Assembly: GCA_964003245.1 (NCBI GenBank)
Contig: CAXFIU010000004.1
Span: 1-53,636 of the forward strand
DNA from: an uncultured Candidatus Poseidoniales archaeon
Lineage (GTDB): Archaea > Thermoplasmatota > Poseidoniia > Poseidoniales > Thalassarchaeaceae
Direction of reading: 5' to 3'
Length of the DNA: 53,636 bases
In this document: in pieces, positions 36,903-45,799 of the stretch
How the letters are laid out: every line of letters starts with the position of its first letter
How positions within the stretch are numbered: the stretch's first letter is position 1
The notes under the pieces: model-generated
Seen by the model: the letters and a program-made list of their open reading frames with translations, nothing else
Databases searched by the model: none
What the model was told of the DNA's origin: nothing
Program-made: the position numbers and the translations under genes

Positions 36903-37913
36903 ATGGCTCGCATAGGTATTATCGGTTTGGGCAATTGGGGAACTGCACTTGCTAAAGTATGGTGTGATGATGGACACAATGTAATGGGATGGACAATTGA
37001 ACAAGAAGTATATGATTCTATAATGATGGAAAACATTAACAAAAAATATTTACCACATACAAAAATCCCAGATTTACAAGCTACAATGCAAATCGAAGAC
37101 ATTACTACTGACTGTGAGATTATCGTTTTGGCAGTCCCTAGTGGCATCATTCTAAGTGTTGTTGACCAAATTATCCCACATCTTCGACCATCTCATTTGT
37201 TAATTGATTTAGCAAAAGGTTTAGCTCCAGAAGAAGAAGGAGGGTCAGGAATCATATCTAAGGCTATTACAAAAAGATTGAAAGAAGCGAAAAAATCAAA
37301 TTCACTAGTTGTAATGACAGGCCCCACAATAGCTCCAGAAGTTGCTAGAGGTGTTATGACGACCGCCTTAGTTGCCTGTCATGATAGATTGGTGGCCGAG
37401 AAAATTGCTGGAAGGTTGTCGACCAATACATTGGTTCTAACACCTGCTGACGATCCTGAAGGTGCAGAATTGTGGGGGGCATTCAAGAATACTGTTGCAC
37501 TGGCCTGTGGATTAGTTGATGGGCTCAGAAATAGTATTGGAGGAGACAATCTGAAAGCAGCATTAGTTTTAGCTGGATTTAGTGAAGGAATTAGATTATT
37601 GAATGCTATGGGAGCAGAACCTACAACTGCATTCGGACCCGCAGGATTGGGAGATTTATATGTCACAGCCACTAGTCCAAGAAGTAGAAATAGAACTCTG
37701 GGGGAAATGCTAGGTTATGGTAAATCATTAGAGGAAGCACTAGATGAAATGCATATGGTAGCAGAAGGTGTTAGAGCAACGAGAATGTTTGTAAAAATAG
37801 CTCCTAAATTAAATGTCGAGATACCTTTCTTATCCGCATTAAGTCAACTATTAGATGGTGAAATACCAGTTGAAGATGCAGTTCGTTCGATGGTTGCTTC
37901 ATATCAAAATTAA
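36903..37913 (+). CDS. gpsA: NAD(P)H-dependent glycerol-3-phosphate dehydrogenase
   Basis: GLGNWGTALA, LAVPS, LAKG, GPTIAPEV, GAFKN, GLGDLYVT, SRNRTLG and VAEGV. Confidence 0.93.
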   Translation: MARIGIIGLGNWGTALAKVWCDDGHNVMGWTIEQEVYDSIMMENINKKYLPHTKIPDLQATMQIEDITTDCEIIVLAVPSGIILSVVDQIIPHLRPSHLLIDLAKGLAPEEEGGSGIISKAITKRLKEAKKSNSLVVMTGPTIAPEVARGVMTTALVACHDRLVAEKIAGRLSTNTLVLTPADDPEGAELWGAFKNTVALACGLVDGLRNSIGGDNLKAALVLAGFSEGIRLLNAMGAEPTTAFGPAGLGDLYVTATSPRSRNRTLGEMLGYGKSLEEALDEMHMVAEGVRATRMFVKIAPKLNVEIPFLSALSQLLDGEIPVEDAVRSMVASYQN

Positions 37914-37945
37914 CTTAAATCTAACAAATAGTATGAGGAAAAAAA

Positions 37946-38521
37946 ATGAAAAACTCAGGCCATAGATTAGGGGCTTCTGGGACAGATTTAGAGAATACTG
38001 TAGAAGGATTAAGAAAATCAATTAATAATCCAGATAAAAATAAATTCAAATATTGGGAGTTTGATATTAGAGAATCAATTGATGGAATAGTTTTCGTATT
38101 CCATGATGATTTAATCGAATTAAATGGAGAGTTAGTTGAGGTGTCGAAAATGACTTTTGAAGAGATAAAAGAGGCTGGTGAAGCGTTAAAAATATCTATA
38201 CCAACTTTTGAAGAAATAGTTGTTGAATTGAAAGATCGTAAAGAAAGAGTTATGGTAGAAGTAAAAGAAATCTTTTCGGATGAAGCCAGATATGAAATAA
38301 TAAATACAGTATCTCAATTTAAAGATTGGAAAATTATGGCAACACCTGAACGTTTTGAGAAATCTTTTCCAAAAGAATCTAGACCTTATTGGGACAAAGA
38401 GTTTCAAAACTCAGAGATTCAAGTAGTTAGAGTTGGAAGACATAAAATTAATCTCTTTCGGGCATCAAAATCACGTTTAAAATGGTTGATTGCAAAACCG
38501 AAATGGCTGTTCGGTTTCTGA
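37946..38521 (+). CDS. Glycerophosphodiester phosphodiesterase-family protein (short)
   Basis: GHRLG...ENT, EFDIRES, VFHDD, IPTFEE and VEVK. Confidence 0.75.
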   Translation: MKNSGHRLGASGTDLENTVEGLRKSINNPDKNKFKYWEFDIRESIDGIVFVFHDDLIELNGELVEVSKMTFEEIKEAGEALKISIPTFEEIVVELKDRKERVMVEVKEIFSDEARYEIINTVSQFKDWKIMATPERFEKSFPKESRPYWDKEFQNSEIQVVRVGRHKINLFRASKSRLKWLIAKPKWLFGF

Positions 38522-38561
38522 AAAATTAATAATTCTTTTAGAAAAACTCCCAGATAAAGAG

Positions 38562-38579
38562 ATTTAGGTCACCCTAAAT
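38562..38579. promoter_or_regulatory. Palindromic DtxR/IdeR-like operator, copy 1, adjoining the TATA box of the transferrin-like operon
   Basis: ATTTAGG-TCAC-CCTAAAT, followed by ATTATTATAC about 25 bp before ATG 38610. Confidence 0.75.
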
Positions 38580-38609
38580 ATTATTATACGAGTTATTATT
38601 CGAAGTAAT

Positions 38610-39656
38610 ATGGATGATGTGACTTTTGCCAACTGGGCAATAAAAAATAAAGCGTTTTTAATGATCGGACTTGTGGTTTCAGCTGCAGCTCTTTACATGG
38701 TTTTTGATGTAAACTATGAAAAATGTGATGATGAAGAAAACTGTCTTGTTGTTGCTTTTGAATTACAAGATAATTATCTATTCTGGGAGAAAAACCCACA
38801 ACATCTGGCAGATAAACTAAGCACACTAACAGGTATGGATGTAGAAATATATGAAGTTTCAAACTCCGCAGCTGCTATCGAGGCTGTAGACAAAGGTCAC
38901 GCTGACCTTGCATTCTTGGATGGGGCAGCAGCATGGTTGGCATGGGAGGTCTATGGGCTAGATGTTTTAGCTGCAGAAACTAAAGCAGATGGACGTATGT
39001 ACTATAATGCAACAGCATGGGTAAAAGCAGATTCTGATATGGCAGAAGCTTACCTTGATGATGATGATTCCACAGATCCATTCGAACTTATGAGAGGAAA
39101 AACATCATGCCATACTGGTTGGCTAAAAAGTGCTGGAATGCTAATACCGATGGGATACTTGATTGATAATGGATATGCAGAAGTTATTGGAGACCCCAAT
39201 GATATTGAATCTCTTAGAGATACTGTCACAACTTTCTTCTCAGATGATTCAAGCATACCGGAAGGAGGTATTTATTCATCTTACAAAGGAGCATTGAGGT
39301 GTTTATCTGATGGAACAGGAGATGTTGCTCTCGTTAAAGACACAGTTATCGATTCATATTGTACTGGAGAAAATCGATATGATTGGTGTTTAGATGTTGA
39401 AGAATACGTAATGCTACCTGCATTTGCACAAGCACCAAGCCACCCAGCAGTTTATAATCCCGAAACAATGGATGAAGAAACCGTAATTATTGTTCAGGAA
39501 GGGTTAGCGAAACTTAGTGATGATTCAGAAGGAAGAGAGATCCTAAAGGAATTACTGAATACTGATAAAATGGTAGTAACTAATGCACAAGATCACTTAG
39601 GAACTTATGGTGCAGCAGTTTCTAGCGTCCCAGGAATACAGGCATATTTTGAATGA
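38610..39656 (+). CDS. Single-lobe transferrin-like ABC substrate-binding protein (PhnD-fold), probable Fe(III) binder
   Basis: ADLAFLDG, YYNATAWVK, RGKTSCHTGWLKSAGMLIP, YSSYKGALRCL, GDVALVK and QAPSH align in order with transferrin lobe motifs. N-terminal TM anchor. Confidence 0.85.
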   Translation: MDDVTFANWAIKNKAFLMIGLVVSAAALYMVFDVNYEKCDDEENCLVVAFELQDNYLFWEKNPQHLADKLSTLTGMDVEIYEVSNSAAAIEAVDKGHADLAFLDGAAAWLAWEVYGLDVLAAETKADGRMYYNATAWVKADSDMAEAYLDDDDSTDPFELMRGKTSCHTGWLKSAGMLIPMGYLIDNGYAEVIGDPNDIESLRDTVTTFFSDDSSIPEGGIYSSYKGALRCLSDGTGDVALVKDTVIDSYCTGENRYDWCLDVEEYVMLPAFAQAPSHPAVYNPETMDEETVIIVQEGLAKLSDDSEGREILKELLNTDKMVVTNAQDHLGTYGAAVSSVPGIQAYFE

Positions 39657-40120
39657 GGAATAATATGTCAGCATCTGGTGAAATTTTAATTTTGTTTGGT
39701 TCGGAAACTGGTAATGCTGAAGAATTGGCTTTTGAGGCTGGTTCCATGGCAAGTAATTATGAATTACAAGCAACTGTAAAAGGAATGGACGAATTAGAAA
39801 TAGATGAAGTTATTTCTTCGAAACGTGTACTTATATTTTGTAGTACTTGGGGAGATGGTGAACAACCCTATAATGCTCAAGATTTATTTGATGGTGTGTC
39901 TGAATTGGATGACGATAGTTTGAGCGGATTACACTTTGCCGTACTAGCTTTAGGAGATACTGCTTTTGACTTATTTTGTGAATCCGGAAAAGAATGGGAC
40001 AATGTTCTCGAAGAAAAAGGAGGAACTAGGGTCAATGATAGGATAGATTGCGACACTGATTATGAAGACGAGGCAGAAGTCTGGATTCCTGCTACACTCG
40101 AAATAATGAAGAATATTTAA
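39653..40120 (+). CDS. Flavodoxin (short-chain, MioC/CysJ-FMN-domain-like)
   Basis: LFGSETGNAE, CSTWGDGE and LGDTAFDLFC. ATGA overlap with the upstream stop (alternative start 39665). Confidence 0.9.
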   Translation: MRNNMSASGEILILFGSETGNAEELAFEAGSMASNYELQATVKGMDELEIDEVISSKRVLIFCSTWGDGEQPYNAQDLFDGVSELDDDSLSGLHFAVLALGDTAFDLFCESGKEWDNVLEEKGGTRVNDRIDCDTDYEDEAEVWIPATLEIMKNI

Positions 40121-40146
40121 AACAAAACTGTCCTGTCATTACAATT

Positions 40147-40977
40147 ATGGAGGAAGAAAAAATCTCAAGAGAATCGAGACATGGTAGTGCGAATAATTCA
40201 AGAGATAGAGAACAAGATTTGCTTTATGATCCCAATGTTGCAACGTCTTCACATGCAGAACAAGCAATAACTCTTGCATCGTCAATGAGTTCGGGAACTC
40301 TTAGTACAATTTCTGTTAAATCTTCAGGGCATCCTTATGGCTCCTTTGTAACATATATAATTCATAGAAATAATCCGATTTTTCTTATTAGTGATTTAGC
40401 AGAACATACTAAAAATTTAGAATCAAATTCGAAAGCGTCGTTGATGATTAGCGAGATTGGAGAGGGAAATCCATTAGCTCTAGGTAGGCTTACAATTGTT
40501 GGAGAGTGTAAAAAAATGCCTCGGGAAAGTTTTGATTTGATGAAGGAGAAATTTGTTGAAAAACATCCAAGTTCTTCATATTATGTAGATTATACTGATT
40601 TCTCTTTCTTTGAATTAAAGGTAGCATCTATAAGATATATTGGAGGCTTTGGAAGGATGTCATGGATTGATGAAGGAGAATGGATAGATGTCAAGCCGGA
40701 CCCATTGATTAGTTCCGCGCAAGATATTATTACACACATGAATGATGATCACTCAGACGCACTTTTATTGTATTGTCAAAATATGAGCAAAGCTGTTGAT
40801 GCTACCGAAGCAGTGATGACAGCTATCGATAGATATGGTTTCGAAATGTCTGCAACTACAGGTCTTGGTCAAAGACCTATTAGACTAGCATTTACAAATG
40901 AGGTTTCTTCACCTGATGAGGCACGTAAAGAATTAGTTACAATGGTCAAAAAAGCTAGGGAACTTTCTAAAAAATAG
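40147..40977 (+). CDS. HugZ/HutZ-like heme-utilization protein (split-barrel PNPOx-like + DUF2470)
   Basis: GHPYGSFV, ISDLAEHTKNL, RLT, DFSFF, RYIGGFGRMSW, then IITHMNDDH and IDRYGF (DUF2470-like). Confidence 0.85.
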   Translation: MEEEKISRESRHGSANNSRDREQDLLYDPNVATSSHAEQAITLASSMSSGTLSTISVKSSGHPYGSFVTYIIHRNNPIFLISDLAEHTKNLESNSKASLMISEIGEGNPLALGRLTIVGECKKMPRESFDLMKEKFVEKHPSSSYYVDYTDFSFFELKVASIRYIGGFGRMSWIDEGEWIDVKPDPLISSAQDIITHMNDDHSDALLLYCQNMSKAVDATEAVMTAIDRYGFEMSATTGLGQRPIRLAFTNEVSSPDEARKELVTMVKKARELSKK

Positions 40978-41038
40978 TAATTATATTAATAACATAAATT
41001 TAATGTTGTTTTAAAATCCGTCAATACCATATAAGAGA

Positions 41039-41052
41039 TTAGGGTCACCTAA
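41039..41052. promoter_or_regulatory. DtxR-like operator, copy 2, upstream of the ABC ATPase/permease pair
   Basis: TTAGG-GTCA-CCTAA within AAGAGATTAGGGTCACCTAAAATAATTATATAC, closely matching the copy 1 context. Confidence 0.72.
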
Positions 41053-41080
41053 AATAATTATATACTCGGGAGGGGACCTG

Positions 41081-41818
41081 TTGGAAAAAGATTTACAACA
41101 AAATGAACCGATTATCCTTCTCAAAGATATGGTAATTGGCTACAGCAAAGAGAAACCTCTGGTTCAAATTCCAAATTTAAAAATTTACCCTGGTGAGATT
41201 GTAGCAATAGTTGGACCCTCTGGAGTTGGTAAATCAACATTAATGAAGACAATTGCGGGATTAGTAGAACCAATTTCTGGATATGCCCAAGTATGCGGCA
41301 AGATAATTCCCGAATCTCCATTAAGAGGGAAATTAGGGTATATTCCACAAGATCTAGGATTAGTTAAACATGCTAGTGTAATTCATAATGTGATGCTGGG
41401 GGCTAATGCAGGGCATAATAAACCGATAATGCCATTTATTCCAATAATTTTACCCTCATTAAAAGTTAAAGAAGAAGCGACTAAATCGATTATTTCCATG
41501 GGCCTCATAGAAAAGATGTATGAGCCGATAAAAAGACTTTCAGGAGGGCAACAAAGAAGAGTTGCAACAGCGAGAACTTTAGCACAGTCACCGGAATTAA
41601 TTATGGCCGATGAATTCCTCAGTGAATTAGATGAAGAGACAATTGCAATGGTAATAGGTCAAGTGATAGAATATATCAAAATCAGTAATGCGGCTCTTCT
41701 TGTTGTTGAACATGATATAGCGCGTGCCAGAATAATGGCAGATAGATTACTAGTTATTGACGACGGTCGCATTAATCCATTCATAACTGAAATAACAGCA
41801 ATGGAGGTAGAAGTTTGA
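41081..41818 (+). CDS. ABC ATPase, PhnC-like
   Basis: GPSGVGKS, GYIPQDLGLV, LSGGQQRRVATAR, DEFLSELD and VEHD. Confidence 0.88.
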   Translation: MEKDLQQNEPIILLKDMVIGYSKEKPLVQIPNLKIYPGEIVAIVGPSGVGKSTLMKTIAGLVEPISGYAQVCGKIIPESPLRGKLGYIPQDLGLVKHASVIHNVMLGANAGHNKPIMPFIPIILPSLKVKEEATKSIISMGLIEKMYEPIKRLSGGQQRRVATARTLAQSPELIMADEFLSELDEETIAMVIGQVIEYIKISNAALLVVEHDIARARIMADRLLVIDDGRINPFITEITAMEVEV

Positions 41819-42729
41819 AAAAAGATGATGTTGTAGAAGTTTCATTATTTGATAGAAGATATTTCTATCCAGTACTTTTCATTTTTATTTTTCTGTTTAC
41901 CATTATTATTTTCAATGGAATGATTAACGACTGGGGGAGACTATCCAATGGGATAGGAGTTTTCAGGACATTCTTATCAGAGGATGTTTTACCTCCAGAT
42001 TGGACTGTATTAGAACCTATGACATATCCTGTATGTACTGTTGAACCAAAAATACTAGATTTTACTTGTTCAAGGGCATGGATAGGAATGATTGAGACTT
42101 TGAAAATTGCATTTGTTGCTACTGTATTCGGGACGATTTTATCACTTCCTATTTCTCTGTTGGCTGCACGCAACTTGAATACAACAGGGGTTTCATATAT
42201 CGCGAGATGTGTACTGGCATCATTCAGAAGTTTTCCTAGCCTTATTTGGGGTATATTCTTTGTTATATTAGTAGGAATAGGCCCTACTGCTGGAGTTTTG
42301 GCAATGACAGTATATACCGTAGGATATCTAGGTAAATTACAATATGAAGCTATAGAAGGAATGAGTAAATCACCTTTGGAAGCATCTGAAGTAATGGGAC
42401 TTACTAAATTAGAAACTGCATTTCAAGTAGTTCTTCCTGAGTCTGCAAATGACCTAATCTCTCAGATAATTTTCATGTTTGAATATAACTTTAGACATGG
42501 TACAGTAATTGGTCTAGTTGGCGCAGGAGGGATTGGATTATATATCGATACTGCCATTAAATATCTACAATATGATAGAGTTATTGCTTACTTAATTATT
42601 ATATTCATAGTAGTTTTGATAATGGATTTTATTTCAATAAAAATTAGAGCTTTGTTTACAGAAGAAGTAGGATACTCACGGCCTAAATGGCTAGAGGTAT
42701 TTTTTCCTGCTTGGATGATTAAAAGATGA
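41815..42729 (+). CDS. ABC permease, PhnE/PtxC-like
   Basis: ETLKIA, RSFPSLIW, GYLGKLQYEAIE and FEYNFRHGTVIGLVGAGGIG. Confidence 0.88.
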   Translation: MKKDDVVEVSLFDRRYFYPVLFIFIFLFTIIIFNGMINDWGRLSNGIGVFRTFLSEDVLPPDWTVLEPMTYPVCTVEPKILDFTCSRAWIGMIETLKIAFVATVFGTILSLPISLLAARNLNTTGVSYIARCVLASFRSFPSLIWGIFFVILVGIGPTAGVLAMTVYTVGYLGKLQYEAIEGMSKSPLEASEVMGLTKLETAFQVVLPESANDLISQIIFMFEYNFRHGTVIGLVGAGGIGLYIDTAIKYLQYDRVIAYLIIIFIVVLIMDFISIKIRALFTEEVGYSRPKWLEVFFPAWMIKR

Positions 42730-42733
42730 AATG

Positions 42734-43924
42734 TCACCGAATAATCCCTATATTTCCGGTCCAGTAAAATACCAATAATTCATCTGCTAACCCCTGTCCG
42801 AATCCAACAATCATTCCACCGCTAGTGCCTACGAAATGATTGACCCATTCGCCATTGATTTCTTTCAATAACCAAATAGAACCGCTACAAAAATCACCAT
42901 AAAGATATCCATTTTGTAATTTTTCTGGCCCCCAATCCATCCAGAATCCTCCGGTAATGGAACAATTGCCATTTCCATGGCCATAAGTAACAACTGGGTA
43001 AGTCAGATCATCATCACTATGGGCATCGTGGTCATCTTCTTCATAACAATCTCCATCCTCGTCAAAATATTGAAAACCTTCTTTTAATGACCAACCAAGA
43101 TTCATCCTTTCAGAAATAGGTACTAGGTTTATCTCTTCCCAACAATTTTGACCGACATCAGCTATCCAGAGTAGATCATTTTCACCCAAAGAAAATCTCC
43201 AAGGATTTCTCAAACCATAATGAAGAATGAATGGATCACCATTAGAATCTTCAAAAACAGGAGATATCGTATTATTTTGATATGTAAAAAGATTAATTGA
43301 ACCAAGTGAATTAGTTATATTCTGACTATTATTTTGTGGATCATTTGCACCTCCACCATCTCCGATACCCCAAAGATATTGATTATCTCCAATATTTAGA
43401 AGATGCCCGCCATTATGATTTCTGTATGGCTGTTGAATTTCTCTCAGAACTGTAATTGTTGAACTATCCATGATTCCATCATCTCCAATAAGTACAGATG
43501 CAAGAATTAGATCAGATGTTGTTGTACCATCACAATCTTCAGACTCAGTAAATGATAACAAAACCGTTTTAGAATTGTTGTAATTCTCATCAAAAGCTAA
43601 TCCTAATAATCCCTGTTCAATATGGCATGTAGATACAAATGATGTTAAATTGGCCACATCATTCATTGAAGACCCGTCCCATGATTTAACATTCCCGTTT
43701 AGATAGATAATCCATAAATTACCATTTTCAGGATTAATAACTGAGTGATGAGGCGTTTCAGAACCTTCCAAAAATATGCCACATTCAAGATTATATTCTG
43801 GCGAAAGGTCACAATTAAAGTCAGTAGGTTCCGGCCATTCGAAACCTCCCTCAGAGTCATTAAAAATACAGCCAGTAAATGCTGTACAGAGCAATAAAGT
43901 CATCAAAATTGATAAAAATCTCAT
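42734..43924 (-). CDS. PQQ-dependent glucose/sorbosone dehydrogenase-family lipoprotein
   Basis: Lipobox AFTGC, EQGLLGLAF, QPYRNHNGG, GDGG, YGLRNPWRFS, DVGQNCWEEIN, SITGG and YLYGDFCSG. Confidence 0.85.
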   Translation of the reverse strand: MRFLSILMTLLLCTAFTGCIFNDSEGGFEWPEPTDFNCDLSPEYNLECGIFLEGSETPHHSVINPENGNLWIIYLNGNVKSWDGSSMNDVANLTSFVSTCHIEQGLLGLAFDENYNNSKTVLLSFTESEDCDGTTTSDLILASVLIGDDGIMDSSTITVLREIQQPYRNHNGGHLLNIGDNQYLWGIGDGGGANDPQNNSQNITNSLGSINLFTYQNNTISPVFEDSNGDPFILHYGLRNPWRFSLGENDLLWIADVGQNCWEEINLVPISERMNLGWSLKEGFQYFDEDGDCYEEDDHDAHSDDDLTYPVVTYGHGNGNCSITGGFWMDWGPEKLQNGYLYGDFCSGSIWLLKEINGEWVNHFVGTSGGMIVGFGQGLADELLVFYWTGNIGIIR

Positions 43925-43945
43925 AATACCGTTCCTAAATAATTT

Positions 43946-44755
43946 TTACTTACTAGTAATTTCATCTTTGACAATAACTCGTAAAGAATCAGATCCTCCG
44001 GGCCAGAAAACAGCATTATCCATTATTTCCGCGTCCACTGAAAATACCTCAGCAATATTATCTTTAGTTAATACCTCTCTAGGAGTTCCTGATGCAAATA
44101 TTTTACCATTATGAAGAAGTAAAATCCTATCTGCGAAACGAGCTGCTATGTTAATATCATGTATGGCAATTAAAGCAGATTTTTCAGCATCTTTATTGGA
44201 TATAATTTTTCTTAAACTTTTCATTATTTCTAATTGATTTTTAAGATCCAAGTCACTTGTTGGTTCGTCCATTAGTAAAAGTGATGAGTCTTGAGCAATC
44301 GCTTTGGCAATAATTACTCTTTGTCTTTCACCACCAGATAGTTGATCAAATTTTCTGAATGAAAAATCTTCTAGACCAAGTGATCTTAATGTTGAACTAA
44401 CTTTGTCACGATCTTCTTCACTAATTCTCCAGCTAATATGAGGGCGTCTTCCTAGAAGTACAACGTCAAAAACATCCATAGAGAAACTTGTTCTTACTGA
44501 CTGAGGAACATATGAAACTTTTTTAGACAAATCAATTAAAGATAGCCCATTAACATCTTCTTCTAATAGATTAATACTACCTGAGTCTGATTTAAGTATG
44601 CGATTAATGCATTTTAACAATGTAGATTTTCCAGCCCCATTAACTCCTAAAACGGCTACTAATTCATTAGGAGAAATATTTACATTGATATCTCTTAGAA
44701 CATGGTTATTTCCCCAACTGAAATTTAAATCTTTAATCTCAAGGATTTTACTCAA
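43946..44755 (-). CDS. Iron-chelate/cobalamin ABC ATPase (FecE/BtuD-like)
   Basis: GVNGAGKS, YVPQ, LSGGERQRV, DEPTSDLD and HDINIAARFAD. Confidence 0.9.
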   Translation of the reverse strand: MSKILEIKDLNFSWGNNHVLRDINVNISPNELVAVLGVNGAGKSTLLKCINRILKSDSGSINLLEEDVNGLSLIDLSKKVSYVPQSVRTSFSMDVFDVVLLGRRPHISWRISEEDRDKVSSTLRSLGLEDFSFRKFDQLSGGERQRVIIAKAIAQDSSLLLMDEPTSDLDLKNQLEIMKSLRKIISNKDAEKSALIAIHDINIAARFADRILLLHNGKIFASGTPREVLTKDNIAEVFSVDAEIMDNAVFWPGGSDSLRVIVKDEITSK

Positions 44756-45795
44756 CTATTCACCCCCCTATTTTTCAATAACAGATACATGAAAAATGGA
44801 CCTCCGATAATTGAAAGCATTATTCCTACAGGAATAATTATTGGAGCAAACAACGTTCGACCAAGTGTGTCTGCAAAAAGTGTCAATAATGAGCCAAAGA
44901 CTGCTGAACAAGGAATTAATTTACGATAATCATTACCTACAATTAAACGGCTCATGTGAGGTGCGGCCAAACCAACAAATCCGATTAAACCTGTAAATGC
45001 TATAACAATAGATGTCAGAAATGCTGAAAGAATTAATATTCTCTTCCTAGTAGTGCTAGGATCAACCCCCGTAGAAATTGCAAAGTCATCACCTCCTAAA
45101 GACAAGGCATTAAGATCCCATGACCATTTCATAGCAGATGGCATTAAACCTATCAAAGCAACAGATATCCAGAGGGTTTGAATTAAAGTAGGTCTAGATA
45201 AACTACCAAAAGACCAATGTGCTAATTGAGATAATTGTGCATCAGTAGCAAAATATTGCATTGTAGAAACTATTGCACCAGCTATGAAAGTAATAGCAAT
45301 TCCAACTAGAATGTAAGATTCAGCAGAAATAGAACGCATATTGCCTAATTGAATGATTATTCCTACTACAATTAAGGAAAATAGAAATGCATTTGCAACA
45401 ATTGCAATCTCGGAATTCGAAACAATAGAGAAACCGAGTACAATTGCAAATGCTGCTCCAAGAGCAGCACCTGAAGCAACTCCAAGAGTTAAGGGGGAAA
45501 CTAATGGATTTCCTAGGCAACCTTGCATTAAAGCGCCCGCAGTAGCCAATGCTGCGCCGCCAACTATTGCCATCAAGATTCTAGGAAAACGAAGTTCCCA
45601 AATAATAGCGGACTGTAAATCGTTAGAGTTTTCTAATCCGAGAATTATCTTCAATGTAGTTAACATATCTAAATTTGATGATGAACCTGATCCCATTGCA
45701 AAGATTGCTAATAAAAATGTAAGACTAACTAGAAGTAGAATTAATATAATCTGAAACTTTGAGTTTTCAATGTGCTTCTCAGAAATAGAATCCAT
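44752..45795 (-). CDS. FecCD/BtuC-family ABC permease
   Basis: RFPRILMA, GNPLVSPLTLGVASGA, GLIGFVGLAAPH, ADTLGR, PVG and GGPFF. Confidence 0.92.
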   Translation of the reverse strand: MDSISEKHIENSKFQIILILLLVSLTFLLAIFAMGSGSSSNLDMLTTLKIILGLENSNDLQSAIIWELRFPRILMAIVGGAALATAGALMQGCLGNPLVSPLTLGVASGAALGAAFAIVLGFSIVSNSEIAIVANAFLFSLIVVGIIIQLGNMRSISAESYILVGIAITFIAGAIVSTMQYFATDAQLSQLAHWSFGSLSRPTLIQTLWISVALIGLMPSAMKWSWDLNALSLGGDDFAISTGVDPSTTRKRILILSAFLTSIVIAFTGLIGFVGLAAPHMSRLIVGNDYRKLIPCSAVFGSLLTLFADTLGRTLFAPIIIPVGIMLSIIGGPFFMYLLLKNRGVNS

Positions 45796-45799
45796 TAAA

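Noticed and set aside
36903-42729. Reading gpsA-GDPD-phnD/C/E as a glycerophosphate/phosphonate (P-scavenging) operon
   Set aside because: The SBP carries the transferrin iron ligands, has its own promoter with a DtxR-like box, and is interleaved with flavodoxin and HugZ. No phosphonate catabolic genes are present. This remains the alternative hypothesis to test.
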